Assembly: GCA_021737275.1 (NCBI GenBank)
Contig: JAIPEE010000018.1
Coordinates: 8,970-72,969 of the forward strand
Origin: Desulfobacterales bacterium
GTDB lineage: Bacteria; Desulfobacterota; Desulfobacteria; Desulfobacterales; JAIPEE01
Direction: 5' to 3'
Length of the DNA stretch: 64,000 bases
Part shown: positions 37,563 through 45,475 of the stretch, piece after piece
How the letters are laid out: each line of letters begins with the position of its first letter
Position numbering within the stretch: position 1 is the stretch's first letter
Position numbers and translations under genes: made by a program
The notes under the pieces: generated by a model
Told to the model about the DNA's origin: nothing
Databases searched by the model: none
The model's input: the letters and a program-made list of their open reading frames with translations, nothing else

Positions 37563-37893
37563 AATCCCTCCTTATTTACAAATAAATAATCGATATGCTT
37601 TCTATCGGTTCATTCAGATTATCTGAAATATGATCTCTTTTTATGTTTTTTGTTGTATTATGATACACTTTTGTTTTATATAAAACACAATACACTTTAT
37701 TTTAATAATTTTTTATTTAATATCAATAACTTATTCTTTTTTTAATTTTTTTGTTTCACCATGTTCTGTTTCATTAATATGTTTCATAAGCATTATTCCG
37801 TTACAATTTATTATCTGATTCGATTATCTCTTAAGTTTTATATCTAATTGATATCATTATGTTTTAAATATTTATGCTTACTTTTTAAAGTTA

Positions 37894-37910
37894 TTGGCAT
37901 CGTTTTTGTA
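37894..37910 (+). promoter_or_regulatory. Weak sigma-54 (-24/-12)-like element upstream of the rubrerythrin cluster
   Basis: TTGGCAT-cgttt-TTGTA has the GG and the correct spacing. The -12 element is TTGT rather than the consensus TTGC. It sits about 80 nt upstream of GTG 37987. Confidence 0.25.
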
Positions 37911-37986
37911 ATATACATGCCTTATAATCAAGCTTACATGGTAAGTATACATTGCATAACTGATACCAACTTAGGAGACCGGCCCG

Positions 37987-38190
37987 GTGAAAAAATGTGA
38001 TCAAAACATACAAACGGCATTAACGCTTGTTGATGAGATGCTTCGACTGGCAGACAAAGGTGAAGCGGATCGCGAAGACACCGGATGCGGCATCCTTTAT
38101 GGGGTCCTCAGAGATTCTGCCTATAAACTTAAGAAAATGGCTGAGCAGGAAAAAGACGCCCATATAAATAAAGGCTGGTGGAAAAAATAA
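37987..38190 (+). CDS. Hypothetical small helical protein (67 aa, GTG start)
   Basis: AGGAG (37973-37977) lies 9 nt upstream of the GTG. It is the first ORF of the + strand cluster. No family recognised. Confidence 0.4.
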   Translation: MKKCDQNIQTALTLVDEMLRLADKGEADREDTGCGILYGVLRDSAYKLKKMAEQEKDAHINKGWWKK

Positions 38191-38235
38191 AATCTTAACA
38201 AACATTAATTATTAACTTTAAAAGGAGAGAAAAGA

Positions 38236-38811
38236 ATGTCATCATTAAAAGGAACCCAGACTGAAAAAAATATTCTGACCGCTTTTGCAGGAGAATCTCA
38301 AGCCCGAAACCGATACACCTACTTTGCAAGTAAAGCCAAAAGCGAAGGTCTGGTTCAGATCTCCGCCATTTTCGAAGAAACCGCAAACCAGGAAAAAGAA
38401 CACGCCAAACGTCTGTTCAAGCTCCTTGAAGGTGGCGAAGTTGAAATTACCGGTGCGTTTCCTGCCGGGAAAATCGGTTCAACTCTTGAAAATCTGATGG
38501 AATCTGCTGCCGGTGAAAATTATGAGCATACTGAAATGTATCCCGGATTTGCAAAAGTGGCTCGTAAAGAGGGGCTCAACGACATTGCAACCATTTTTGA
38601 AGCTATTGCTGTTGCCGAAAAACAGCATGAGAACCGCTACAAGGCACTTGCTGCAAATATTGAAGCCGGCACAGTCTTCAAAAGAGGCGATACCGTTATC
38701 TGGCGCTGTAGAAACTGCGGCTATTTGCATGAAGGTACTGAAGCCCCGGATGTTTGCCCGGCATGCGCTCATGCACAGGCTCATTTTGAACTGTTAGGCG
38801 AAAACTATTAA
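38236..38811 (+). CDS. rbr: Rubrerythrin
   Basis: Diiron four-helix motifs (E..ARNRY, EKEHAKR, E..HTEMY, EKQHENR) are followed by a C-terminal rubredoxin-like CRNCG...CPAC. Confidence 0.9.
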   Translation: MSSLKGTQTEKNILTAFAGESQARNRYTYFASKAKSEGLVQISAIFEETANQEKEHAKRLFKLLEGGEVEITGAFPAGKIGSTLENLMESAAGENYEHTEMYPGFAKVARKEGLNDIATIFEAIAVAEKQHENRYKALAANIEAGTVFKRGDTVIWRCRNCGYLHEGTEAPDVCPACAHAQAHFELLGENY

Positions 38812-38870
38812 TTGTTTTGAATAATACTTTTATCTAAACCCTCAAACCCAAAAAGATGGAGGCAAATAAA

Positions 38871-39245
38871 ATGGCTGAAAGACTTCAGGTTTATAAATGT
38901 GAATTGTGCGGAAATATTGTCAGTGTTTTTCATGGTGGAGCCGGTGAGCTCGTATGTTGCGGACAGGCAATGAAGCTGCTGGTGGAAAACACCGTTGATG
39001 CGGCAAAAGAAAAACATGTACCGGTTATTGAAAAAGTTGACGGCGGTTTTAAGGTAACTGTCGGCACCGTTCCCCACCCCATGGAAGAAAAACATTTTAT
39101 AGAGTTCATTGAACTCTGTGCGGACGGAAAGTATTATGTACAATTCCTGAATCCGGGAGATGCGCCCGAAGCAGTTTTTAAAATTGATGCCGACCAGGTA
39201 ACAGTACGTGAATTCTGCAACCTGCATGGCCTCTGGAAAGTGTAA
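38871..39245 (+). CDS. dfx: Desulfoferrodoxin (2Fe superoxide reductase)
   Basis: The N-terminal desulforedoxin site is [10 protein letters not shown]...CCG, and the neelaredoxin domain has [14 protein letters not shown] lies 7 nt before ATG 38871, so I prefer it to 38856. Confidence 0.9.
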   Translation: MAERLQVYKCELCGNIVSVFHGGAGELVCCGQAMKLLVENTVDAAKEKHVPVIEKVDGGFKVTVGTVPHPMEEKHFIEFIELCADGKYYVQFLNPGDAPEAVFKIDADQVTVREFCNLHGLWKV

Positions 39246-39250
39246 TTATT

Positions 39251-39763
39251 ATGAAAGAAACTATTGAAAAGGCCTTAAATGCCCAGTTAAATGCAGAGAT
39301 GTATTCGTCATACCTGTATCTTTCCATGGAAGCATATTTTAAATCCATCAATCTGGATGGTTTTGCAAATTGGATGAACTGCCAGATGCAGGAAGAGTCG
39401 GCACATGCCAGAAAATTTTATGACTTTATCAACCAGCGAGGCGGTCGGGTTACGCTGACAACCATTGACGGGCCTGAAACAGAATGGGATTCACCGGTTG
39501 CGGTTATGGAAGCAACACTGGCCCATGAGCAAAAAGTTACCGCTCTTATCAATGACCTTCTGGATCTGGCCCTTGATGAGCGTGATCATGCGACCAATAT
39601 TTTTCTGCAATGGTTTGTAACTGAACAGGTCGAAGAAGAAGACAGTGTCAACAGTGTGCTTCAACAGCTTAAACAGACAGGTGCATCAGAAGGCGGGCTG
39701 TTTCTTGTTGATAGAGAACTGGCTCAAAGAACATTCACGCCTCCGTCAGTCACTGCAGCGTAA
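39251..39763 (+). CDS. Ferritin (non-haem, Ftn-type)
   Basis: The ferroxidase-centre pattern LNAEMYSSYLYLSM...QEESAHARKF...LAHEQKVT occurs in 170 aa. Confidence 0.85.
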   Translation: MKETIEKALNAQLNAEMYSSYLYLSMEAYFKSINLDGFANWMNCQMQEESAHARKFYDFINQRGGRVTLTTIDGPETEWDSPVAVMEATLAHEQKVTALINDLLDLALDERDHATNIFLQWFVTEQVEEEDSVNSVLQQLKQTGASEGGLFLVDRELAQRTFTPPSVTAA

Positions 39764-39796
39764 TTGAAATGTTGTTGATGTTTTGTTAAACTAAAG

Positions 39797-39849
39797 GCTG
39801 CCCTGCAATATTGCCATTAAAATAATTACCGGCAATCATGCAGGGTAGC
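39797..39849 (+). other. Large intercistronic RNA stem-loop
   Basis: gctgccctgca (39797-39807) pairs with tgcagggtagc (39839-39849), giving 11 bp with one G-U. An inner attgcc/ggcaat helix is also possible. No U-tract follows. Confidence 0.5.
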
Positions 39850-39871
39850 CCCTTAGATTGAGGAGGTGAAC

Positions 39872-40045
39872 ATGATGGATCAGCACTGTCCGGGGTTTGA
39901 AGCAAACAAGACGCTTAATGAGGTTATTTGCAAATGCCCCGACTGCGGCACACAAATTGAACTCTTTTCCGATGAACTGGAAAAAGAAATCGTTTGTAAA
40001 AAATGTGGTAAAAAGCTGGACAAATCACATTGTACACCGGCCTGA
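39872..40045 (+). CDS. Small CxxC...CxxC zinc-ribbon protein (57 aa), not in ORF track
   Basis: AGGAGGTGAAC precedes the ATG. My translation is MMDQHCPGFEANKTLNEVICKCPDCGTQIELFSDELEKEIVCKKCGKKLDKSHCTPA. It lies directly upstream of cydA. Confidence 0.6.
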   Translation: MMDQHCPGFEANKTLNEVICKCPDCGTQIELFSDELEKEIVCKKCGKKLDKSHCTPA

Positions 40046-40103
40046 TTTGGAATATAATGCAGTTTTATTAAATTTTAACCCCCCTTTAAGGAAGGAATAA
40101 CAC

Positions 40104-41420
40104 ATGGACGCCTTATTGCTCTCACGTCTGCAGTTTGCCGCCGCAACCATGTTTCATTTTCTCTTTGTTCCGCTCACACTCGGCCTTTCATTTCTGCTGG
40201 CCTACATGGAGACCCAGTATGTTCGTACGGGTGATGAAACATATCTTAGAATGACAAAATTCTGGGGAAAATTTTTTATTATCAATTTTGCCCTGGGCAT
40301 TGTGACGGGCATTACGCTTGAGTTTCAGTTTGGCACAAACTGGTCCCGCTATTCAAGTTATGTGGGCGACATTTTCGGATCCCTGCTTGCCATTGAAGCC
40401 ACAGCCAGTTTTTTTCTTGAATCCACCCTGATCGGTGTCTGGATCTTCGGATGGAACAAATTATCCAAAAAAGCGCATGCTGCTGTCATGTGGCTGATTG
40501 CAGGAGCAGGGACGCTGTCCGGAGTCTGGATCCTGATTGCCAATGCATGGATGCAGCACCCTGTGGGTTACGTGATTCGGAATGGCCGTGCAGAGCTGGA
40601 TGATTTTATGGCTGTCATCACCCAGAAGTTTGCCATATTGGAGTTTTTCCATACAATTGCTGCAGCCTATATCCTGAGCGCTTTCTTTGTTATGGGTATC
40701 AGTGCTTACCATCTTCTTAAAAAGAATAATATTGATTTTTTTACTCGCTCCTTCAGAATTGCACTTGTTTTCGGTCTTGTTTTTTCATTTTTTGAAATTG
40801 CCGAGGGTCATCTGCATGGTGCAGACCTTGCTGAAGCGCAACCTGCCAAAGTCGCCGCAATGGATGCCCATTGGGAGACTGAAACTCGTGCGCCGATTTT
40901 CATGTTTGCCATACCTGATGAGAAAAATGAAAGAAACCTCGTTGAAATCTTTCCGATACCCGGCATGCTAAGCTTTATGGCTTACCATGATTTTAATGCT
41001 GAGGTTAAGGGACTTAAAGATTTCCCCTTAGACGAACGGCCGCCGGTTCTTATTCCTTTTGTCTCTTTTAAGATAATGGTCATGCTGGGTTTTTACTTTG
41101 GATTTGCAACGATTCTTGGATGGATTTACAGGAACCGCCTCCTTGAAAAACCGTGGTATCTGAAAATGATGCTGCTTTCAATCCCCCTGCCCTACATCGC
41201 AATAGAGATGGGCTGGGTGCTGGCAGAGGTCGGCAGGCAACCATGGATTGTTTATGGTCTCATGAAAACATCAGATGCGGTATCACCCATTGCAGGATCC
41301 CAGGTCATGATATCCCTGATTGCTTTTTTTGTCGTATATGGTCTTCTGGGGCTTATCGGATTCTGGCTGATGTTTAACCATGCCAGAAAAGGCCCGGCTG
41401 AAGTCATTGCACCGTCATAA
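40104..41420 (+). CDS. cydA: Cytochrome bd quinol oxidase subunit I
   Basis: The ORF is 438 aa. MDALLLSRLQFAAATMFHFLFVPLTLG, GW..AE.GRQPW and the overall colinearity are canonical CydA features. Confidence 0.9.
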   Translation: MDALLLSRLQFAAATMFHFLFVPLTLGLSFLLAYMETQYVRTGDETYLRMTKFWGKFFIINFALGIVTGITLEFQFGTNWSRYSSYVGDIFGSLLAIEATASFFLESTLIGVWIFGWNKLSKKAHAAVMWLIAGAGTLSGVWILIANAWMQHPVGYVIRNGRAELDDFMAVITQKFAILEFFHTIAAAYILSAFFVMGISAYHLLKKNNIDFFTRSFRIALVFGLVFSFFEIAEGHLHGADLAEAQPAKVAAMDAHWETETRAPIFMFAIPDEKNERNLVEIFPIPGMLSFMAYHDFNAEVKGLKDFPLDERPPVLIPFVSFKIMVMLGFYFGFATILGWIYRNRLLEKPWYLKMMLLSIPLPYIAIEMGWVLAEVGRQPWIVYGLMKTSDAVSPIAGSQVMISLIAFFVVYGLLGLIGFWLMFNHARKGPAEVIAPS

Positions 41421-41473
41421 TAAACAATCGGCAAATGCCTTAAATTCAAGGCATTTGTAATAAGGAGCATTTT

Positions 41474-42502
41474 ATGGAACTTCAAACTATATGGTTTTTT
41501 GTGTGGGGCCTGTTGTGGGCTGTGTTCTTCATGCTGGACGGATTCAACTTCGGTATCGGATCACTGATGCCGTTTCTGGCAAAAAAGGAGATGGATAAAA
41601 AAATTATGGTTCGGGCCATGGGGCCGTTCTGGGATGGAAACGAAGTCTGGCTTCTGACGGCAGGTGGCGTAACATTTGCAGCTTTTCCGGATGTTTATGC
41701 GGTTATGTTTTCATCACTTTATGCCGCACTCATGCTGGTTCTGTTCTCCCTTATTGTCAGGGGTGTCGGCATTGAGTTCAGAGGCAAACTGGATACACCG
41801 GCCTGGAAAAGACTCTGGGATACCTGTATTTTCATCGGCAGTGCCGCACCTGCAATACTCTTTGGTGTTGCCTTTGCCAATATTTTCCGGGGCATTCCAT
41901 TTGACGGCGAAGGCATCTATCACGGTACGCTGCTGACCCTGCTCAATCCATATGGATTACTTGGCGGTGTGCTTTTTCTCTGTCTTTTTCTACTGCATGG
42001 GGCCAATATGCTGGCGTGTAAAACTAAAGGCGTCTTACACCACTCTGCTGTCCGAACGGCAAACAGGTTGTGGCCGGTTACATTGGTTGTAACGGTAGTT
42101 TTTCTGATAGCCTCCTGGTTTGCCACCGACCTTTATGACAACTACCTGGCATCACCGGTACTGTTTCTGTTTATACTGCTGACAGCACTTTTTCTTGTGG
42201 GTGTAAAAATATTTTTAGTAAAAAATTCATTTATAAAGGCATGGACCGCATCAGCGCTTACGATCGTTGGTGCAACATTCTTTGGCATAATCGGTCTTTT
42301 CCCCAACATGTTTCCTTCCAGCATTAATGCTGATTTCAGCCTAACGGCATTTAACGCTTCGTCCAGCCCGATGACACTGAAAATCATGCTGGGCGTTGTA
42401 ATCATATTTGTTCCTGCTATAATAGCATATCAGTCATGGGCTTACCGGTTATTTAAAGATAAAATTACTGAAGAGTCGCTTGCACATGAAGAAGGATACT
42501 AA
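41474..42502 (+). CDS. cydB: Cytochrome bd quinol oxidase subunit II
   Basis: The ORF is 342 aa. LQTIWFFVWGLLWAVFFMLDGFNFGIG and GPFWDGNEVWLLTAGG are CydB hallmarks. Confidence 0.9.
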   Translation: MELQTIWFFVWGLLWAVFFMLDGFNFGIGSLMPFLAKKEMDKKIMVRAMGPFWDGNEVWLLTAGGVTFAAFPDVYAVMFSSLYAALMLVLFSLIVRGVGIEFRGKLDTPAWKRLWDTCIFIGSAAPAILFGVAFANIFRGIPFDGEGIYHGTLLTLLNPYGLLGGVLFLCLFLLHGANMLACKTKGVLHHSAVRTANRLWPVTLVVTVVFLIASWFATDLYDNYLASPVLFLFILLTALFLVGVKIFLVKNSFIKAWTASALTIVGATFFGIIGLFPNMFPSSINADFSLTAFNASSSPMTLKIMLGVVIIFVPAIIAYQSWAYRLFKDKITEESLAHEEGY

Positions 42503-42514
42503 GAAAGGATACGT

Positions 42515-42859
42515 ATGAAAATTTTTACAGTAGTTATTTGCTCTGTAATGTTGATAGCCGCTTTTGCCTTAGCTGAAAATGTACAGAATAATGGTGAAAG
42601 CATGATGACTATAAATGGCGGAAGCAGGGGCGAAGTTCCTTTTCCCCATGAAAAACACCAGCAGGTTCTGGGAGATTGCAACCATTGTCATAACATCTTT
42701 CCTCAGGAGGCCGGCGCCATTGAGAAACTGAATGCAGATGGAACCCTGTCTTCCAAACAGGTGATGAATCAGTGTAAAGGTTGTCACAAAACGTTGAAGG
42801 ATGCCGGCAAGACGACCGGACCGACAAAGTGCGGAGATTGCCATATCAGAAAGGACTAA
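42515..42859 (+). CDS. Periplasmic trihaem cytochrome c7 (PpcA-like, c3 family)
   Basis: A signal peptide is followed by VPFPHEKHQQVLGDCNHCH ... CKGCHKTLKDAGKTTGPTKCGDCH. This is colinear with Geobacter PpcA (FPHKAHQ..CKKCH..CKGCH..PTKCGECH). Confidence 0.8.
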   Translation: MKIFTVVICSVMLIAAFALAENVQNNGESMMTINGGSRGEVPFPHEKHQQVLGDCNHCHNIFPQEAGAIEKLNADGTLSSKQVMNQCKGCHKTLKDAGKTTGPTKCGDCHIRKD

Positions 42860-42865
42860 CTGTTT

Positions 42866-43834
42866 ATGTTTATTCTTGGTCTTCAGGGCAGCCCGAGAAA
42901 AAAGGGAAATACGGATATCTTGCTTTCAACGTTCATGGGAGAAGCTGAAAAACTGGGCGCAAGAACCCAAACCATTGATGTTACCAGAAAGAATATTGAA
43001 CCGTGCAAAGAGCTGGTCGTCTGTGAGAAAAAAGGGTATTGCCCCATTGAAGATGAAATGGAAAGTGAGGTCTATCCACTGATCAGACAGGCAGATATTA
43101 TTGTTATCGCCTCACCGGTTTTTTTCTACAGTGTATCTGCCCAGCTAAAAGCAGCAATTGATCGATGCCAGATGTTCTGGGCCAGAAAATACTGTCTCAA
43201 ACTGTCCGATCCCCTCAGAAATACACGACGGGGATTTATGCTGGCCGTTGGTGCAACAAAGGGAAAGCTTCTTTTTAGCGGCATTGAATTGCTGACCAAA
43301 ATTTTTTACGATGCGGTCGGTGCCAAATATGAAGGAAGCCTTACCTATCGAGGTGTGGAAAAACGCGGTGAGATAGCGGATCACCCTACGATGAAAGAAG
43401 ATGTTAAAAATGCGGTTGCTAAACTGTTGCAGCCGCTTATGAAACGGAAGAAAGTTCTTTTTGCCTGCCGGGAAAATGCCTGTAGGAGCCAGATAGCCGC
43501 AGCTTTTGCCCAGCAGCTGGCCGGCGATAGAATTGAAGCCCTGTGCGGCGGCAGCACACCCATTGAGAAAATCAATCCAATGATGTCTGAAGTTATGGCC
43601 GAATCAGGTATTGACATGGAATACAGGGTTCCGCAATCTATTGAAGATGCACTGGTTGACGGCAACCCGGAAATAATTGTAACAATGGGCTGCGGTGAGG
43701 CGTGCCCGATTTTGCCGGGTACTCAAAGAATTGACTGGGATCTTGAAGACCCGGCCGCACAATCAATTGAGTTCATGCGGAAAACAAGAGATGAAATTGA
43801 ACAAAAAGTAATAGATCTGATAAAGGATCTTTAA
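42866..43834 (+). CDS. Fusion protein: flavodoxin-like FMN reductase domain + ArsC/LMW-PTP domain
   Basis: The N-terminus ILGLQGSPRKKGNT...IVIASPVFFYSVSAQLK is NADPH-FMN-reductase/Isf-like. The C-terminus has VLFACRENACRSQ (the CX5R P-loop) and TMGCGEACP (the thioredoxin-type ArsC Cys pair). Confidence 0.75.
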   Translation: MFILGLQGSPRKKGNTDILLSTFMGEAEKLGARTQTIDVTRKNIEPCKELVVCEKKGYCPIEDEMESEVYPLIRQADIIVIASPVFFYSVSAQLKAAIDRCQMFWARKYCLKLSDPLRNTRRGFMLAVGATKGKLLFSGIELLTKIFYDAVGAKYEGSLTYRGVEKRGEIADHPTMKEDVKNAVAKLLQPLMKRKKVLFACRENACRSQIAAAFAQQLAGDRIEALCGGSTPIEKINPMMSEVMAESGIDMEYRVPQSIEDALVDGNPEIIVTMGCGEACPILPGTQRIDWDLEDPAAQSIEFMRKTRDEIEQKVIDLIKDL

Positions 43835-43852
43835 GAAAAGAGGTTATTTAAT

Positions 43853-44032
43853 ATGTCATCAACCGGTATGTGGCAATGCCAGGGAGCATCTTGTGGATTC
43901 ATCTATGATCCGGCAAGAGGAGATAAAAGAGGTAAAATTCCTAAAGGCATAAATTTTGAGGACCTTCCGGATGACTGGAAATGTCCGGTTTGCGGTGTAT
44001 CCAAAAGAATGTTTAAATCACTGGATGTTTAA
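43853..44032 (+). CDS. Rubredoxin-like protein with C-x4-C first site (59 aa), not in ORF track
   Basis: My translation is [59 protein letters not shown]. It has the rubredoxin core ([18 protein letters not shown]), but the first site is CQGASC rather than CxxC. Confidence 0.75.
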   Translation: MSSTGMWQCQGASCGFIYDPARGDKRGKIPKGINFEDLPDDWKCPVCGVSKRMFKSLDV

Positions 44033-44098
44033 TAAACATATGAATTAAATGATATTTGATTCATTTCTTTTAACTCAACTTAAAATAAGGAGAAAACA

Positions 44099-44260
44099 AT
44101 GGAAAAGTATGTATGTGAAGTTTGCGGCTATGTTTATGACCCGGCAAAAGGCGATCCTGACAATGGTGTAGCTCCGGGAACAGCATTTTCAGATGTTCCC
44201 GATGATTGGGAGTGCCCTGTTTGCGGTGCCGGAAAAGATGATTTTGTTGTTGAAGAATAA
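44099..44260 (+). CDS. rub: Rubredoxin (53 aa), not in ORF track
   Basis: AAGGAG precedes the ATG. The translation [53 protein letters not shown] is a canonical CxxCG...CPxCG rubredoxin. Confidence 0.9.
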   Translation: MEKYVCEVCGYVYDPAKGDPDNGVAPGTAFSDVPDDWECPVCGAGKDDFVVEE

Positions 44261-44283
44261 AAAAATAATCGCAGGGGAAAAGA

Positions 44284-45468
44284 ATGAAGCCTTTTGAAAT
44301 TGCAGATGGAATCTACAGTGTCGGTGTTGCTGACTGGAATGTAAGGAACTTTCACGGCTATTCAACTGAAAAAGGAACGACCTATAATGCGTTTCTGCTC
44401 ATTGATGAAAAGGTTACTCTCATTGATACAGTCAGGCGGGAGTTCAAGGATCAGTTTTTAAAAAACATCTCAAAAATCATTGATCCAAAAAAAATTGACT
44501 GTGTCATTAGCAACCATACTGAAATGGATCACTCCGGATCTTTGCCTTTTTTGATGCATATAATCGGTGCTGAAAAACCGGTGTACTGTTCCAAAATGGG
44601 TTTTAAGAGTCTTCCGCTTCATTTCAGGCCGGAACTGAATTATCAGGCGCTTGAAAATGGCAGTAAATTAAGCATCGGCAAGCGAACACTCCAATTTCTT
44701 GAAACAAGAATGCTGCACTGGCCGGACAGTATGTTTACCTATCTCAAAGAGGATAAAATTCTTTTTTCCAGCGATGCCTTTGGCCAGCATTATGCCGGTC
44801 CCAAAAGGTTTGATGATGAAATTGATGATCTGATTTTACATCAGGCCAAAAAGTATTATGCCAACATTCTGATGCTTTATGGCAGGAAAACGGGTAAACT
44901 TCTAAAAACCGTTGAAGAGATGGGTCTTGATATTAAGATGATCTGTCCGGATCATGGTATTCTCTGGCGGAAAAATCCCGAAAGGATTATTCGCAAATAT
45001 GAAAAATGGAGTAGCCAGGAATCCAAACGTAAAGCGGTTATTGTTTATGATACCATGTGGCATAGTACGGAGCAGATGGCAGAAAAAATTGCAGAGGGCA
45101 TCTCTGATGAAGGTGTGGAGGCCATGCCACTTCGCCTTGGGAGATGCCACCGGAGCGACATTATGACGGAGGTTCTTGATGCAAAAGCCGTTATTGTCGG
45201 CTCTCCGACATTAAACAACCAGCTCTACCCATCCGTCAGTGAGTTTTTAACTTATATGAAGGGCCTTAAGCCTAGGGGAAAAGTGGGTGCTTCATTTGGA
45301 TCATTTGGATGGAGCGGCGAAGCTGTCCGGCTTATCCGTCAAGAACTTGAGGAGATGGAGTTTGAAATCCCGGATCCGGGTCTCAAAATCAAATATGTTC
45401 CCGACGCAGCAGGTAATGACGCCTGTTATGAGTTCGGTCGAAAAGTTGGAAAAGCGATAGGAAAATAA
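44284..45468 (+). CDS. roo: Flavodiiron protein (FprA family; rubredoxin:oxygen oxidoreductase-like)
   Basis: An MBL-like diiron domain (SNHTEMDHSGS) is followed by a C-terminal flavodoxin domain. The gene sits immediately downstream of rubredoxin, as in Desulfovibrio rub-roo. Confidence 0.9.
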   Translation: MKPFEIADGIYSVGVADWNVRNFHGYSTEKGTTYNAFLLIDEKVTLIDTVRREFKDQFLKNISKIIDPKKIDCVISNHTEMDHSGSLPFLMHIIGAEKPVYCSKMGFKSLPLHFRPELNYQALENGSKLSIGKRTLQFLETRMLHWPDSMFTYLKEDKILFSSDAFGQHYAGPKRFDDEIDDLILHQAKKYYANILMLYGRKTGKLLKTVEEMGLDIKMICPDHGILWRKNPERIIRKYEKWSSQESKRKAVIVYDTMWHSTEQMAEKIAEGISDEGVEAMPLRLGRCHRSDIMTEVLDAKAVIVGSPTLNNQLYPSVSEFLTYMKGLKPRGKVGASFGSFGWSGEAVRLIRQELEEMEFEIPDPGLKIKYVPDAAGNDACYEFGRKVGKAIGK

Positions 45469-45475
45469 GACAATA

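Noticed and set aside
37923-37928. A perfect TATAAT hexamer upstream of the rbr cluster.
   Set aside because: I could not pair it with a -35 hexamer at 16-18 nt. TTGTAA is 11 nt away and TTGGCA is 23 nt away. It is mentioned only as an alternative in the promoter finding, not listed as a feature.
39897-40100. The track's 67-aa ORF upstream of cydA.
   Set aside because: It has no Shine-Dalgarno sequence, and its start codon per the sequence is non-ATG. It overlaps the 39872-40045 frame, which has a strong AGGAGG and two CxxC pairs, so I preferred that frame.
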